Part shown: one piece after another, positions 11,669 through 23,660 of the stretch | Numbering within the stretch: position 1 is the first letter of the stretch | Layout of the letters: each line of letters begins with the position of its first letter | Notes under the pieces: model-generated | The model's input: only the letters and a program-made list of their open reading frames with translations | Told to the model about the DNA's origin: nothing | The model's database searches: none | Program-made: the position numbers and the translations under genes | NCBI GenBank assembly: GCA_038087875.1 | Contig: JAXLNO010000446.1 | Coordinates: forward strand, 496,001 to 560,000 | Reading direction: 5' to 3' | Length of the DNA stretch: 64,000 bases | Origin: Malacoraja senta | Lineage: Eukaryota

Positions 11669-12039
11669 AAGATAGGTGACTGTTCTTCTATGAAGGAGCG
11701 GAATCTGTGACAATCAGTAAAGTCATGGATTTGTTACTGAGATGAGGTTTCTCTACCTGTTTGAGTCCAATGTAAACTCCCGGTACCGTGTGGCATTGTA
11801 ACCAGTCTCCAGGACAATGGGCCAGACCTCTGACTGCAAACCCAGCAGCAAACAGTACGATCAACGTAATACATCTGCAGCCCAGCTGGTGATCGATGTT
11901 CTGGGGAGTTCAGCAAGGTGGGCCAATACACCAGGGTAGAAATCAGGATGTTTCAGGCAAAAAACACCAAGTGCTGGAGGAACTCAGTGGCTCAGGCATC
12001 CACTGTAGAGGGAATGGACAGATGAACTGAAAGATATTC

Positions 12040-14787
12040 ACATTGGGCGAGAAATAGTATTGGGTAGACTGATGGGACTGAAGGCTGATAAATCCCCAGG
12101 GCCTGATGATCTGCATCCCAGGGTACTCAAGGAGGTGGCTCCAGAATTGTGGACGCATTGGTGATCATTTTCCAATGTTCTCTAGATTCAGGATCAGTTC
12201 CTGTGGATTGGAGGGTAGCTAATGGTCTCCTACTTTTTAAGAAAGGCGGAAAAGAGAAAACAGTGAATTATAGACCAGTTAGCCTGACATCGGTGGTGGG
12301 GAAGATGCTGGAGTCAATTATAAAAGATGAAATAGCCACACATTTGGATAGCAGTAACAGGATCGGTCCGAGTCAGCATGGATTTACGAAGGGGAAATCA
12401 TGCTTGACTAATCTTCTGGAATTATTTGAAGATGTAACTAGGAAAATGGACAAGGGAGAGCCAGTGGATGTAGTGTACCTGGACTTTCAGAAAGCATTTA
12501 ATAAGGTGCCATGTAGGAGATTAGTGGTCAAAATTAGGGCACATGGTATTGGTGGTAGAGTGCTGACATGGATAGAAAATTGGTTGGCAGACAGGAAACA
12601 AAGAGTAGGGATTTACGGGTCCCTTTCAGAATGGCAGGCAGTGACTAGTGGGGTACCGCAAGGCTCGGTGCTGGGACCGCAGCTATTTACAATATACATC
12701 AATGATTTGGATGAAGGGATTCAAAGTAACATTAGCAAATTTGCAGATGACACAAAGCTGGGTGACTGAACTGTGATGAGGATGCTATGAGGATGCAAGG
12801 TGACTTGGACAGGTTGGGTGAGTGGGCAGATGCATGGCAGATGCAGTTTAATGTGGATAAATGTGAGGTTATCCACTTTGGTGGCAAAAACAAGAAGGCA
12901 GATTATTATCTAAATGGTCAAGCTGGGAAAAGGGGAAATACAACGGGATCTGGAGGTCCTTATTCATCAGTCACTGAAAGTAAGCATGCAGGTACAGCAG
13001 GCAGTGAAGAAAGCGAATGGCATGTTGGCCTTCATAACACGAGGAAATGAGTATGAGAGCAAAGAGGTCCTTTTGCAGTTGTACAGGGCCCCAGTGAGAC
13101 GACATCTGGAGTATTGTGTGCAGTTTTGTCAGGTTGGCCGAATGTACTACTCTCCGCAGAGCCTTCCTGTCCTGGGCAGAGCTGTTCCCAAACCAGTTTG
13201 TGATGTTGTGGGACAAGATGCTTTCTACAGCCCCAGAATAGAAGCACTGAAGGATCCTCAGAGACTCTGAATTTCCTCAGCTGCCTGAGGTGGTAAAGGC
13301 GCTGCCTTGCCTTACTCACCAGTGCGGCAGTGTGTGTTGTCCATGTCAGATCCTCTGTGATGTGGACTCCCAGGTATTTAAAGCTGCTCACCCTATCCAC
13401 AGTAGTCCCATTTATGTCCAGTGGCGTGTACGTCCTCGGATGTTGTGCCCTCCTGAAGTCCACAATCAGCTCCTTAGTTTTTATGACATTCAAGAGGAGG
13501 CTGTTGTTCTGACACCAGAGTGCCAGGTCAGCCTTCTCATTGTTATCGGAGATCAGGCCCACTACCACAGTGTCATCAGCAAACTTGATGATGTAGTTGG
13601 AGCTGAACCTCGCCACAGTCATGTGTGTACAGGGAGTACAGTAGGGGGCTGAGGACGCAACCCTGGGGGGGGATCCTGTGTTCAGGGTGAGGGTGTTCGA
13701 TGTATGTCTTCCCATCTTGACTACCTGGGGCCTGGCGGTGAGTAAGTCCAGGACCCAGGCACACAGGGGGGTGTTAAGCCCCAGTTCCAGCAGCTTCTCA
13801 GCAAGTCTGGTGGGGACTATCGTGTTGAAGGCTGAACTGAAGTCAATGAACAGCATCCTCACATAGCCCCCCCCTTCTGGCTGTCAAGGTGAGAGAGAGC
13901 GGTGTGCAGAACCTGGGAGACCGCATTGTCCGTGGATCTGTTCGGACGGTATGCGAACTGCAGCGGGTCCATGTTGCGAGGGAGGAAGGCGCAGATGCAG
14001 TTCTTGATCAGCCTCTCGAAGCATTTCATGACTACCGAGGTGAGGGCCACAGGTCGGTAGTCATTCAAACAAGCTGGAGAGGCATTCTTTGGCACTGGTA
14101 CAATGATGGATCTTTTGAAGCAGGCAGGGACCACGGACTTGGCCAGGGAAAGGTTGAATATTGTGGTGAGCACTGGAGCAAGCTGGGTAGCACTTGCCCA
14201 GATATACCATCTGGGCCTACAGCTTTCCTCATGTTCACACGCGTCAGACGCGTTTGGTCTCCAAACTTGAGGAAGGACATTCTTGCTATTGAGGGAGTGC
14301 AGCGTTGGTTCACGAGGTTAATTCCCGGGATGGCGGGACTGTCATATGCTTGATAGATTGGAGCGACTGGGCTTGTACACTCTGGAATTTAGAAGGATGA
14401 GAGGAGATCTTATTGAAAAATAGAAGATTATTAAGGGTTTGGACACCCTAGAGGCAGGAAACTTGTTCCCAATGTTGGGGGAGTCCAGACCCAGGGGCCA
14501 TAGTTTAAGAATAAGGGGTAAGCCATTTAGAATGGAGATGAAGAAACACTTTTTCACACAGAGTTATGAGTCTGTGGAATTCTCTGCCTCAGAGGGCGGT
14601 GGAGGCTGGTTCTCTGGATGCTTTCAAGAGAGAGTTAGATAGTGCTCTTAGGGATAGCGGAGTCAGGGGATATGGGGAGAAGGCAGGAACGGGGTACTGA
14701 TTGGGGATGATCAGCCATGATCACATTGAATGGTGGTGCTGGCTTGAAGGGCCAAATGGCCTACTCCTGCGTCTATTGTCTATTGTT
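12040..14787 (+). mobile_element. CR1 LINE (5'-truncated, RT through 3' tail), split by a Rex1-like fragment
   Basis: [27 protein letters not shown] and KFADDTKL motifs; [16 protein letters not shown] interrupted at 13128 and resuming at 14253; (ctattgt)n tail. Confidence 0.92.
13129..14250 (-). mobile_element. Rex1/Babar-type LINE internal RT fragment
   Basis: [38 protein letters not shown] and FKYLGVHI motifs; frameshifted. Confidence 0.88.
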
Positions 14788-15808
14788 TCACAGAATGCTG
14801 GAGTAACTCAGCTGGTCAGGCAGCATCTCTGGAGAACATGGAAAGGTAATGTTTCAGTGGGACCTTTCTTCAGACAGACATGCTGCCTGACCCGCTGTGT
14901 TACTCCAGCACTTTGTGTCTTTTCCCTCTAATCCAGGCAGCATTCTGCTACATTATAGATAGGCTAGATGGTATGAAACTTTTCACCATTACTGAGATGT
15001 ACAGAATGAAAGGGCAGAGGTTAAGGAAGATGAGTAAGAGGATAGCAGGAGGGTGCAGGCAAGCTTCTCACAGCACGGTGGTGGAATCTGGGATCTACAG
15101 GGTGGGTGGTGGAGGCAGAGATTGTCACGTGGTTTAATAAGTACCCAGAGAATCATCACATCAGATTAGTCCTGGACCATGGGGTCAGGACCTGCTGTGT
15201 CAATTCTCCATTGCCTGGATTAGAGGGTTTCAGCTACAGGGAGAGATTGGATAGACTTGGATTGTTTTCTCTGGGACGTCAGCGATCGAGGGGAGATCTG
15301 ATCACAGTCCATATAATTATGAGAGGCACAGATAGGGTAGACAGTCAGAACCTTCTCCCAGAGTGAAAATGTCCAACAGTAGAGGGCACAGCTATAGGGT
15401 GGGAGGGGGAATGTTTAATGGAGATGTGCTGAGCAGTTTATTTTACACAGAGTAGTGGGGATCTGGGACACACTGCCAGGGGTGGTGGTGGAGGCAGATA
15501 CGATAGTGGTGTTTAAGAGGCTTTTGGATGGGCACATGGATATGCAGGGAATGGAGGGACATGGATCATGTACAATAGATGAGATCACTTCAGCTAGTCA
15601 TCATGCTGGCACAAATATTGTGGGCTGAAGGGCCTGTTCCTGTGCTGTACTGTTCTACGTCGGAAAGAACTGCAGCCGCTGGTTTACTCCAAAGACAGAC
15701 TGGGTGACGTTTCGGGTCAAGACCCTTCTTTCAGACTGAAGAAGAGTCTCGACCCAAAATGTCACCCATTGCTTCTCTCCAGAGATGCTGCCTATCCCGT
15801 TGAGTTAA

Positions 15809-16509
15809 GGGCCTGTCCCACGTACGTGTCCTTGGCACGCAAATTACGCAACCTCGTGGTCGCGTTGAGCCGAGACGGTCGAGCGAAGGTCGGGCACGAT
15901 TTCATGCGTACGCACAGCCGTCTGGAGCGCGTGACGTGATTTGAAGATGGACACAAAGCTGGAGTAATTCAGTGGGACCGGCAGCTTCTCTGGAGAGAAG
16001 CAATGGGTGACGTTTTGTGTCGAGACTCTTCTTCAGTCTGAAAGAAGGGTCTTGACCCGAAACGTCACCCATTGCTTCTCTCCAGAGATGCTGCCGGTCC
16101 CGCTGAGTTACTCCAGCATTTTGTGTCTATCTCCAATCGTCTTGGCCCCGCTTTGGGAGTAGAAGTGGGGGCGGATCCGGACCGCAACGGCCGTGAGTCC
16201 CAGGCCGAGCTCGGCGATCGTTTGCCTGCTTCTGCTGCTGTTGGAGGTGAGACGTTGCATCGCGCCAGGGTCTTGGGCCTGTCCCACTTTGGCCGTCAGT
16301 TACGCGACAGGCCGGTGGCGCGCGAAGATTTAGTTCACTGCAAGAATTTCGGAGCCCCTCGTGATGTCGGGACCAGCCCCGCACAACTCCATATCCCTCC
16401 GTGCTTCTAAGTGGGACCGGCCCCGCGCGGCCATACGGTGCCCGTACGCCTCAAGCAACCACGAGGTCACGTAATTTGTGAGCCAAGGACGCGTAAGTGG
16501 AACAGGCCC
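15809..16509. mobile_element. 701-bp MITE with ~60-bp TIRs, flanked by TTAA on both sides (PIF/Harbinger- or Kolobok-like)
   Basis: Left GGGCCTGTCCCACGTACGTGTCCTTGGCACGCAAATTACG...; right reverse complement GGGCCTGTTCCACTTACGCGTCCTTGGCTCACAAATTACG...; TTAA at 15805-15808 and 16510-16513; the host repeat reads gag|ttaa|ctgcagc across the site. Confidence 0.88.
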
Positions 16510-16652
16510 TTAACTGCAGCATTTTGTATCTATCTGTTGTATGTTCTCTGCGGCGATTTACACTAGCTGTTTATTTCCGTGTGAATTGATTACGGTGTCG
16601 GGAGCGTGGGACTGTTGCTGACTGATTGTGTCTCCGCTTGCTTCCTTTGCAG

Positions 16653-16780
16653 CCACTCCCAGCTCGCTGTGCCAGCTTTGCCGCCTGTGTGTGAGAAACT
16701 GCATCGGCAGGCCCCGTCTACAGTACATTCCACAGCTGCAGCTGCCCAGGCTGCTGAAGGACTTCCTGCAGCATCAGTAA
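16653..16780 (+). CDS. ASB5: ASB5 last coding exon, SOCS box (ATPSSLCQLCRLCVRNCIGRPRLQYIPQLQLPRLLKDFLQHQ*)
   Basis: cctttgcag acceptor; SLxxLCR BC-box and LPxxL cullin box; TAA at 16778-16780. Confidence 0.94.
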
Positions 16781-17014
16781 CCTGCTTCCCTTCTCACTGC
16801 AGCCACTGTGCAGAGCTGTGTTAACTCCTTGCTGTACATAGACTTGTTGACAAACCTGTTGTTGCAAATCACTCTCACCCTCTTTCATCTGTTTTTCTCC
16901 CAATCCATGCAAAAGAACAAATTTCAGGAGTGGGAATCGGCCGGGAGCAGGTGAGATGGAAGCAAACTTACACACACCCGACACAATTAATTCTGATGCA
17001 ATCTTAGTACTTAC

Positions 17015-17330
17015 TTACTTAGAGATACAGCACGGAAACAGGCCCTTCGGCCCACCAAGCCATGCCGACCATCTATCACCCGTTCACACTAGTTCTATGT
17101 TATCCCACTTTCTCATCCACTCCCTACACACTAGGGGACAATTTACAGAGGGACGATTAACCTACAAACCCGCACGTCTTTGGGATGTGGGAGGAAACCG
17201 GAGCATCCGTAGGAAACCCACGCTGTCACAGGGAGAACATGCAAACACCGCAAGGCCATGATCGAACTGGGCAAATATTGGCCTGGAGCTGTGAGACAGC
17301 AACACAATACCCTGCGTCACTGTACTGCTC
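17015..17330 (-). mobile_element. HE1/V-SINE-type SINE downstream of the ASB5 stop
   Basis: V-SINE core gggaggaaaccggagcatcc and CR1-like tail, in reverse orientation. Confidence 0.75.
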
Positions 17331-19899
17331 ATTAGCACTCAATCTCCAGACTGACTTATAATAATATTTCATACCTCAAGTTTGGGTAGACAGTCAAACC
17401 TTTTCCCCAGAGTGGAAATGTCAAAGACTAAAGGGCATAAGTTTAAGGCGAGTGTAAAGGTGATGTGCGGGGCAAGTCTGTTTTACACAGAGATTACTGG
17501 GGGCCTGGAAGGTGCTGCCAGATACAATAGTGGTGTTTAGGAGACTTGCCTAGGCACATGGATGTGCAGGGAATAGAGGGATATGGGTTACATGTAAGAC
17601 GATCAGAGTTGTTTTTTTGTAATCATTGGGCTGATGGGCCTGTTGATGTGCCGTACTGTTCTATATCCCAAGTGATCGAGGACAATCCTTTTCATTGATG
17701 TAATACAGTAACTTGGAACTTGGAACAACATGGTCTCTCTGAAGGACATTTAGACAGACACAGATAGGATAGGTTTAGAGATATATGGGCCAAACATGGG
17801 CAGGTGGGAGTAGCATAAATGGGGCATGTTGGTCGGCATGGGCTAGTTGGGCCGAAGGGCCTGATTTCCCTGCTGTATGACTCTAGCTCCTAAATGCTGT
17901 GTGGCTTTTCCAGCCTGACCTTGCCCTTCCTTTCCCTTTATAGTCAACCCCGTGAAGGCCCCAGTTGAAGGCACAGATGCCCGCCTGCGTTAAGGTACAT
18001 GACCTGCTTTGATGTGCTGATGACATGCAAACAGTTTCTCACCCACCATGGTTAATTGTCCAGTCACAGTTCATTCCTTTTGCCACAGTTGTCCAACATC
18101 ATTCACAGCTGAACGTCAATATTCATCGTCTACATGTCCCCACTCTCCCAGACATAGGGTACCAGTCATGGAGCTCGGAAACAGGCCCTTCGGCCCAACT
18201 TACCCATTTGACCAAGATGCCCCATCTGCATGAGCCCGTTTGGCCCATGTCCCTCTAAACTTATCCTATCCATGTACCTGTCCAAATGTCTTTTATAGTA
18301 CCTGCCTCGACTACCTCCTCTGGCAGCTCGTTCCATACACCCATGAAAATGTTGCCCCCTCAATCTTTCCTGTCTCCTTAACTTATGTCCTCTGGATCTT
18401 GATTCCCTTACCCTGGGTGAAAGACCTGGATGGTCGATGTTTCGAGTCTCTGGCCTTGAGAACCAGTCGTCTTTGTCAGAACTCAGCTTGGTTGTTTGAA
18501 TTCATCCAAACATTACACCAATGATAGAAAACAATGTCTCAATATCTTTCAATCATTTGAGTTACATTTATCTGCTTCCTTTTGGGGGGAGTTCTGAATG
18601 TTGGACACTCAGTTTGCTTGCATTGACAAAACTTGACTGGGTACACAGTGTACATCTGAAGCTTGGTCTGGACACTAACATTGAGTGACAAGGAGAGAAG
18701 TCTCTCCTGCTAACACCATCTATCCAGACCCATGTTACTGTACTACGTAGGTGAAAACATTTGTCCTAAATCACTTGGAGCAAACAGAACATAGAATAGG
18801 ACAGCACAGGCCCTTTCAGCCCACAATGCCCATGGCAAATATGATGCTAAGTTAATCTTCACTGCCTAGACCTGATTCATACCTCTCCACTCCCTGCATA
18901 TCCATGTGCTGGTCTAAACGCCTCTTAAACACCACTATCGTATCTGCCTCCACCACCACCCCCAGCAGCACGTTCCAGGTACCCACCACCCTCTATGTAA
19001 AGAAACTTGCCCCACACATCACCTTTAACTTAGCCCCTCTCACCTTAAACCTACGTCCTCTAGTCTTTCATTTTTCCATTCTGGGAAAAAGATTGTGACT
19101 GTCTACCCAATCTGTGCCGTAATTCAGGTCTCACTGCAACCTCCAGGGTTCCAGAGAAACAATCAAAGTCCCAACCCGAAACATCATCTGTCCATTTCCT
19201 CCTCCCACCACCCCAGATGCTGCCTGACCTGCTCAGTTCCTCCAGCTCTTTGTCTTTTGCTCTTTGAAGTAGATAAATTTACTACTATAATTTGTAATAT
19301 CTGTGGCAACGGATTTAGGAACACGATACTCACACAATACTCATGGGTCCCAACCCAAATGTCACCTATCCATGTTCTCCAGAGATGCTGCCTGCTGAGT
19401 TACTCCAGCACTCTGTCTTTTTTTGTAAGCCAGCATCTGCAGTTCCTTGCATCCACTCATAAGGTCATAAGTGATAGCAGAATTTATTAGGCCCATTGTT
19501 ACTCCGCCATTCAATCATGGCTGACCTATCCTTCCCTCTCAACCCAATTCTGCTGTCGTCCCATAACCTTTGACACCCGTACTAAACAAGAATCTGTCAA
19601 TCTCTGCCTTAAAAATATCCATTGACGGCCTCCACGGCCATCTGCGACAAAGAATTCCACAGATGCAACACCCTCTGGCTAAGAAATTCCTCCTCATCAA
19701 CTTCTAAAGGAACGTCCTTTTATTCCAAGGCTATGACCCGTGGTCCAAGACTCACCCACGAGTGGAAACATCCTTCCCACATCCACTCTATCCAAGCCTT
19801 TCACTATTCGGTGTTTCAATGAGGTCCCCCCTCATTCTTCCAAACTCCAGCGAGTTCTTTAGCCAGAGAGTTCTGAATCTGTGGAATTCTCTGCCACAT

Positions 19900-22530
19900 G
19901 GATATAGATACAATATAAAATAGGTGCAGGAGTTGGCCATTCGGCCCTTCGAGTCAGCACCGCCATTCGATGTGATCATGGCTGATCATCCACAATTAGT
20001 ACCCCGTTCCTGCCTTCTCCCTATACCCCTTGATTCCGCTAGCCCTAAGAGCTCTATCTAACTGATTATAGTGATTCGGTCTCCACTGCCTTCTGAGGCA
20101 GAGAATTCCACAAAATGTTTCTCCTCATCTCAGTTGTAAATGGCTTAGCCATTATTCTTAAACTGTGGCACCTGTTTCTGGACTCCCCCAACATCGGGAA
20201 CATGTTTCCTGCATCTAGCGTGTCCAATCCCTTAATAATTTTATGTTTCCATAAGATACCCCCTCATCCTTCTAAATTCCAGTGAATACAAGTTGTACAG
20301 GGCCCCGGTGAGACCACTCATTGTGTGGTCTCACCAGGGCCCTGTACAACTGCAGAAGGACCTCTTTGCTCCTATACTCAACTCCTCTCATTATGAAAGC
20401 CAACATGCCACCTTCACTGCCTGCTGTACCTGCATGCTTACTTTCAGTGACTGATGTTCTATGATTTCCAGATCTTGTTGTACCTCTCCTTTTCTAACCT
20501 GACACCATTCAGATGATAATCTGCCTTCCCGTTCTTGCCTCCAAAGTGGATAACCTCACATTTATCGACATTATACTGCATCTGCCATGCATCTGCCCGC
20601 TCACCCAAACTGTCCAAGTCACTGCATCCTCATAGCATCCTCCTCACAGTTCACACTGCCACCCAGCTTTGTGTCATCTGCAAATTTGCTAATATTACTT
20701 TTAACTCCTTCATCTAAATCAATAATGTATATTGTAAATATACTAGAGGGGTACCTTGCGGTACACCACTAGTCACTGCCTGCCATTCTGAAAGTGACCT
20801 GTTAATTCCTACTCTTTGTTTCCTGTCTGCCAACCAATTTTCTATCCATGTCAGTACCCAACCCCCAATACCATGTGCCCTAATTTTGTCCACTAATCTC
20901 CTTTGTGGACCTTAGCAAATGCTTTCTGAAGGTCCAGGTACACTACATCCACTGGCTCTCCCTTGTCCATTTTACTTGTTACATCCTCAAAAATTTCCAG
21001 AAGATCAGTCAAGCATGAATTCCCCTTCGTAAATCCATGTTGACTTGGACCAATCCTGTTACTGCTATCCAAATGTGCTGCTATTTCATCTTTTATGATT
21101 GACTCCAGCATCTTCCCCACCGCCGATGTCAGGCTAACTGGTCTATAATTCCCTGTTTTCTCTCTCCCCTCCTTTCTAGAAAAGTAGGATAACATTAGCT
21201 ACCCTCCAATCCACAGGAACTGATCCTGAATCTATAGAACATTGGAAAATTATCACCAATGCGTCCATGATTTCTACAGCCACCTCCTTGAGTACCCTGG
21301 GATGCAGACCATCAGGCCTTGGGGATTTATCAGCTTTCAGTCCCATCAGTCTACCCAACACCATTTCCTTGCCTAATGTGAATTTCCTTCAGTTCCTCCG
21401 TCACCCACATCCTCTGTCCCCTAGTACATCAGGAAGATTGTTTGTGTCTTCCTTAGTGAAGACAGAACCAAAGTACCTGTTCAACTTGTCTGCCATTTCC
21501 TTGTTCCCCATAATAAATTCACCTGTTTCTGTCTTCAAGGGACCCACATTTGTCGTAACTATTTTTTTCCTCTTCACATACCTAAAGAAGCTTTTACTAT
21601 CCTTTATATTCTTGGCTAGCTTACCTTCATACCTCATCTTTTCTCCCCGTATTGCCTTTTTAGTTATCTTCTGTTGCTCTTTATAAGTTTCCCAATCCTC
21701 TGGCTTGCTTTGTTATACTTCTTCTCTTTTATTTTTATACTGTCCCTGACTTCCCTTGTCAGCCACGGTCGCCTCTTACTCCCCTTAGAATCTTTCTTCC
21801 TCTTTGGAATGAACTGATTCTGCACCTTCTGTATTATTCCCGGAAATACCTGCCATTGCTGTTCCACTGTTATCCCTACTAGGGTCCCTTTCCAGTCAAC
21901 TTAGGCCAGCTCCTCCCTCATGGCTCCATAGTCCCCTTTGTTCAACTGTAATACTGACACCTCCGATTTACCCTTCTCCTTCTCAAATTTCAGATTACAA
22001 TTTATCATATTATGGTCACTACCTCCTAATGGCTCCTTTATCAAATCCGGTTCATTACACAACACTAAATCCAGAATTGCCCTCTTCCTGGTAGGATCCA
22101 GTACGAGCTGTTCTAAGAATCCATCTCGGAGGCACTCGACAAACTCCCTTACTTGGGGTCCAGTACCAACCTGATTTTCGCAGTGTACCTGCATGTTGAA
22201 ATCTCCCACAACAACCGGAGCATTACCTTTGTTACATGCTAATTTTAGCCGTTGATGCAACTTGCACCCCATATCCAGGCCGTTTGGGGGCCTGTAGATA
22301 ACTCCCATTAGGGTCTTTTTACCCTTACAATTTCTCAGTTCTATCTTCAATGACTAAATCTCCTGATTCTATGTCACCCCTCGCAAGGGACTGAATTTCA
22401 TTCCTCACCACCAGAGCTACCCCAGCCCCTCTGCCAACCTGTTTGTCTTTTCAATAATACCCTGAATATTCAGTTCCCAGCTCCGATCCTCTTGCAGCCA
22501 TGTCTCTGTAATTCCCACAACATCATACAT
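19900..22530 (-). mobile_element. Degraded CR1 LINE (endonuclease to 3' tail)
   Basis: Fragmentary ORFs with [25 protein letters not shown] and YLDLQKAF. Confidence 0.88.
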
Positions 22531-22851
22531 AGAAGGCAGTGGAGGTCAATTCACTGGACGTTTTCAAGAGAGAGTCAGATTTAGCTCTAAGGGCTAATGG
22601 AATCAAGGGATATGGGTAGAAAGCAGAAACGGGATACTGATTTTAGATGATCAGCAGGCTTGAAGGGCCGAATGGGCTGCTCCTGCACCTATTTTATATG
22701 TTTCTATTTTACTACAGGCCCAGTGCTGTCAAGCGCTCGTCATAGGTTCACCCACTCATTCCTGGGATCATTCTCATAAGCCTTCTCTGGACCCTCTCCC
22801 CACTCCTGGGAGATCACTCCGTTCATTGTGTTCCTTGCACAGCAACCTATT

Positions 22852-23660
22852 CATAGAAACATAGAAAATAGGTGCAGGAGTAGGCCATTCGGCCCTTCGA
22901 GCCTTCACCGCCATTCAATATGATCATGGCTGATCAACCATCTCAGTATCCTGTACCTGCCTTCTCTCCATACCCCCTGATCCCTTTAGCCACAAGGGCC
23001 ACATCTAACTCCCTCTTAAATATAGCCAATGAACTGGCCTCAACTACTTTCTGTGGCAGAGAATTCCACATATTCACCACTCTGTGTGAAAAAAAATGTT
23101 CTCATCTCGGTCCTAAAATACTTTCCCCTTTATCCTTAAATGGTGACCACTTGTTCTGGACTTCCCCAACATCGGGAACAATCTTCCCTACATCCAGCCT
23201 GTCCAAACCCTTAAGAATTTTGTAAGTTACTATAAGATGCCCCCTCAATCTTCTAAATTCTAGCGAGTACAAGCCGAGTCTATCCAGTCTTTCTTCATAT
23301 GAAAGTCCTGACATCCCCGGAATCAGTCTGGTGAACCTTCTCTGTACTCCCTCTATGGCAAGAATGTCTTACCTCAGATTAGGAGACCAAAACTGTACGC
23401 AAAACTCCAGGTGTGGTCTCACCAAGGCCCTGTACAACTGCAGTAGAACCTCCCTGCTTCTATACTCAAATCCTTTTGCTATGAATACTACCATACCATT
23501 CGCTTTCTTCACTGCCTGCTGCACCTGCATGCCGACTTTCAATGACTGGTGTACCATGACACCCAGGTCTCGCTGCATCTCCCCTTTTCCTAATCGGCCA
23601 CCATTCAGATAATAGTCTACTTTCCTGTTCTTGCCACCAAAGTGGATAATCTCACATTTA
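22852..23660 (-). mobile_element. CR1 LINE 3' fragment
   Basis: VRPHLEFCVQFWSP and GLSYEERLDRLGLYSLE; (catagaaa)n tail on the + strand. Confidence 0.9.

Noticed and set aside
5236..16780. Assignment as ASB9, ASB11 or ASB13
   Set aside because: Sequence (SWADRSPLHEAASQGRLL, ISWG.D.D..IPH.GTPLYVAC) and adjacency to SPATA4 and WDR17 favour ASB5.
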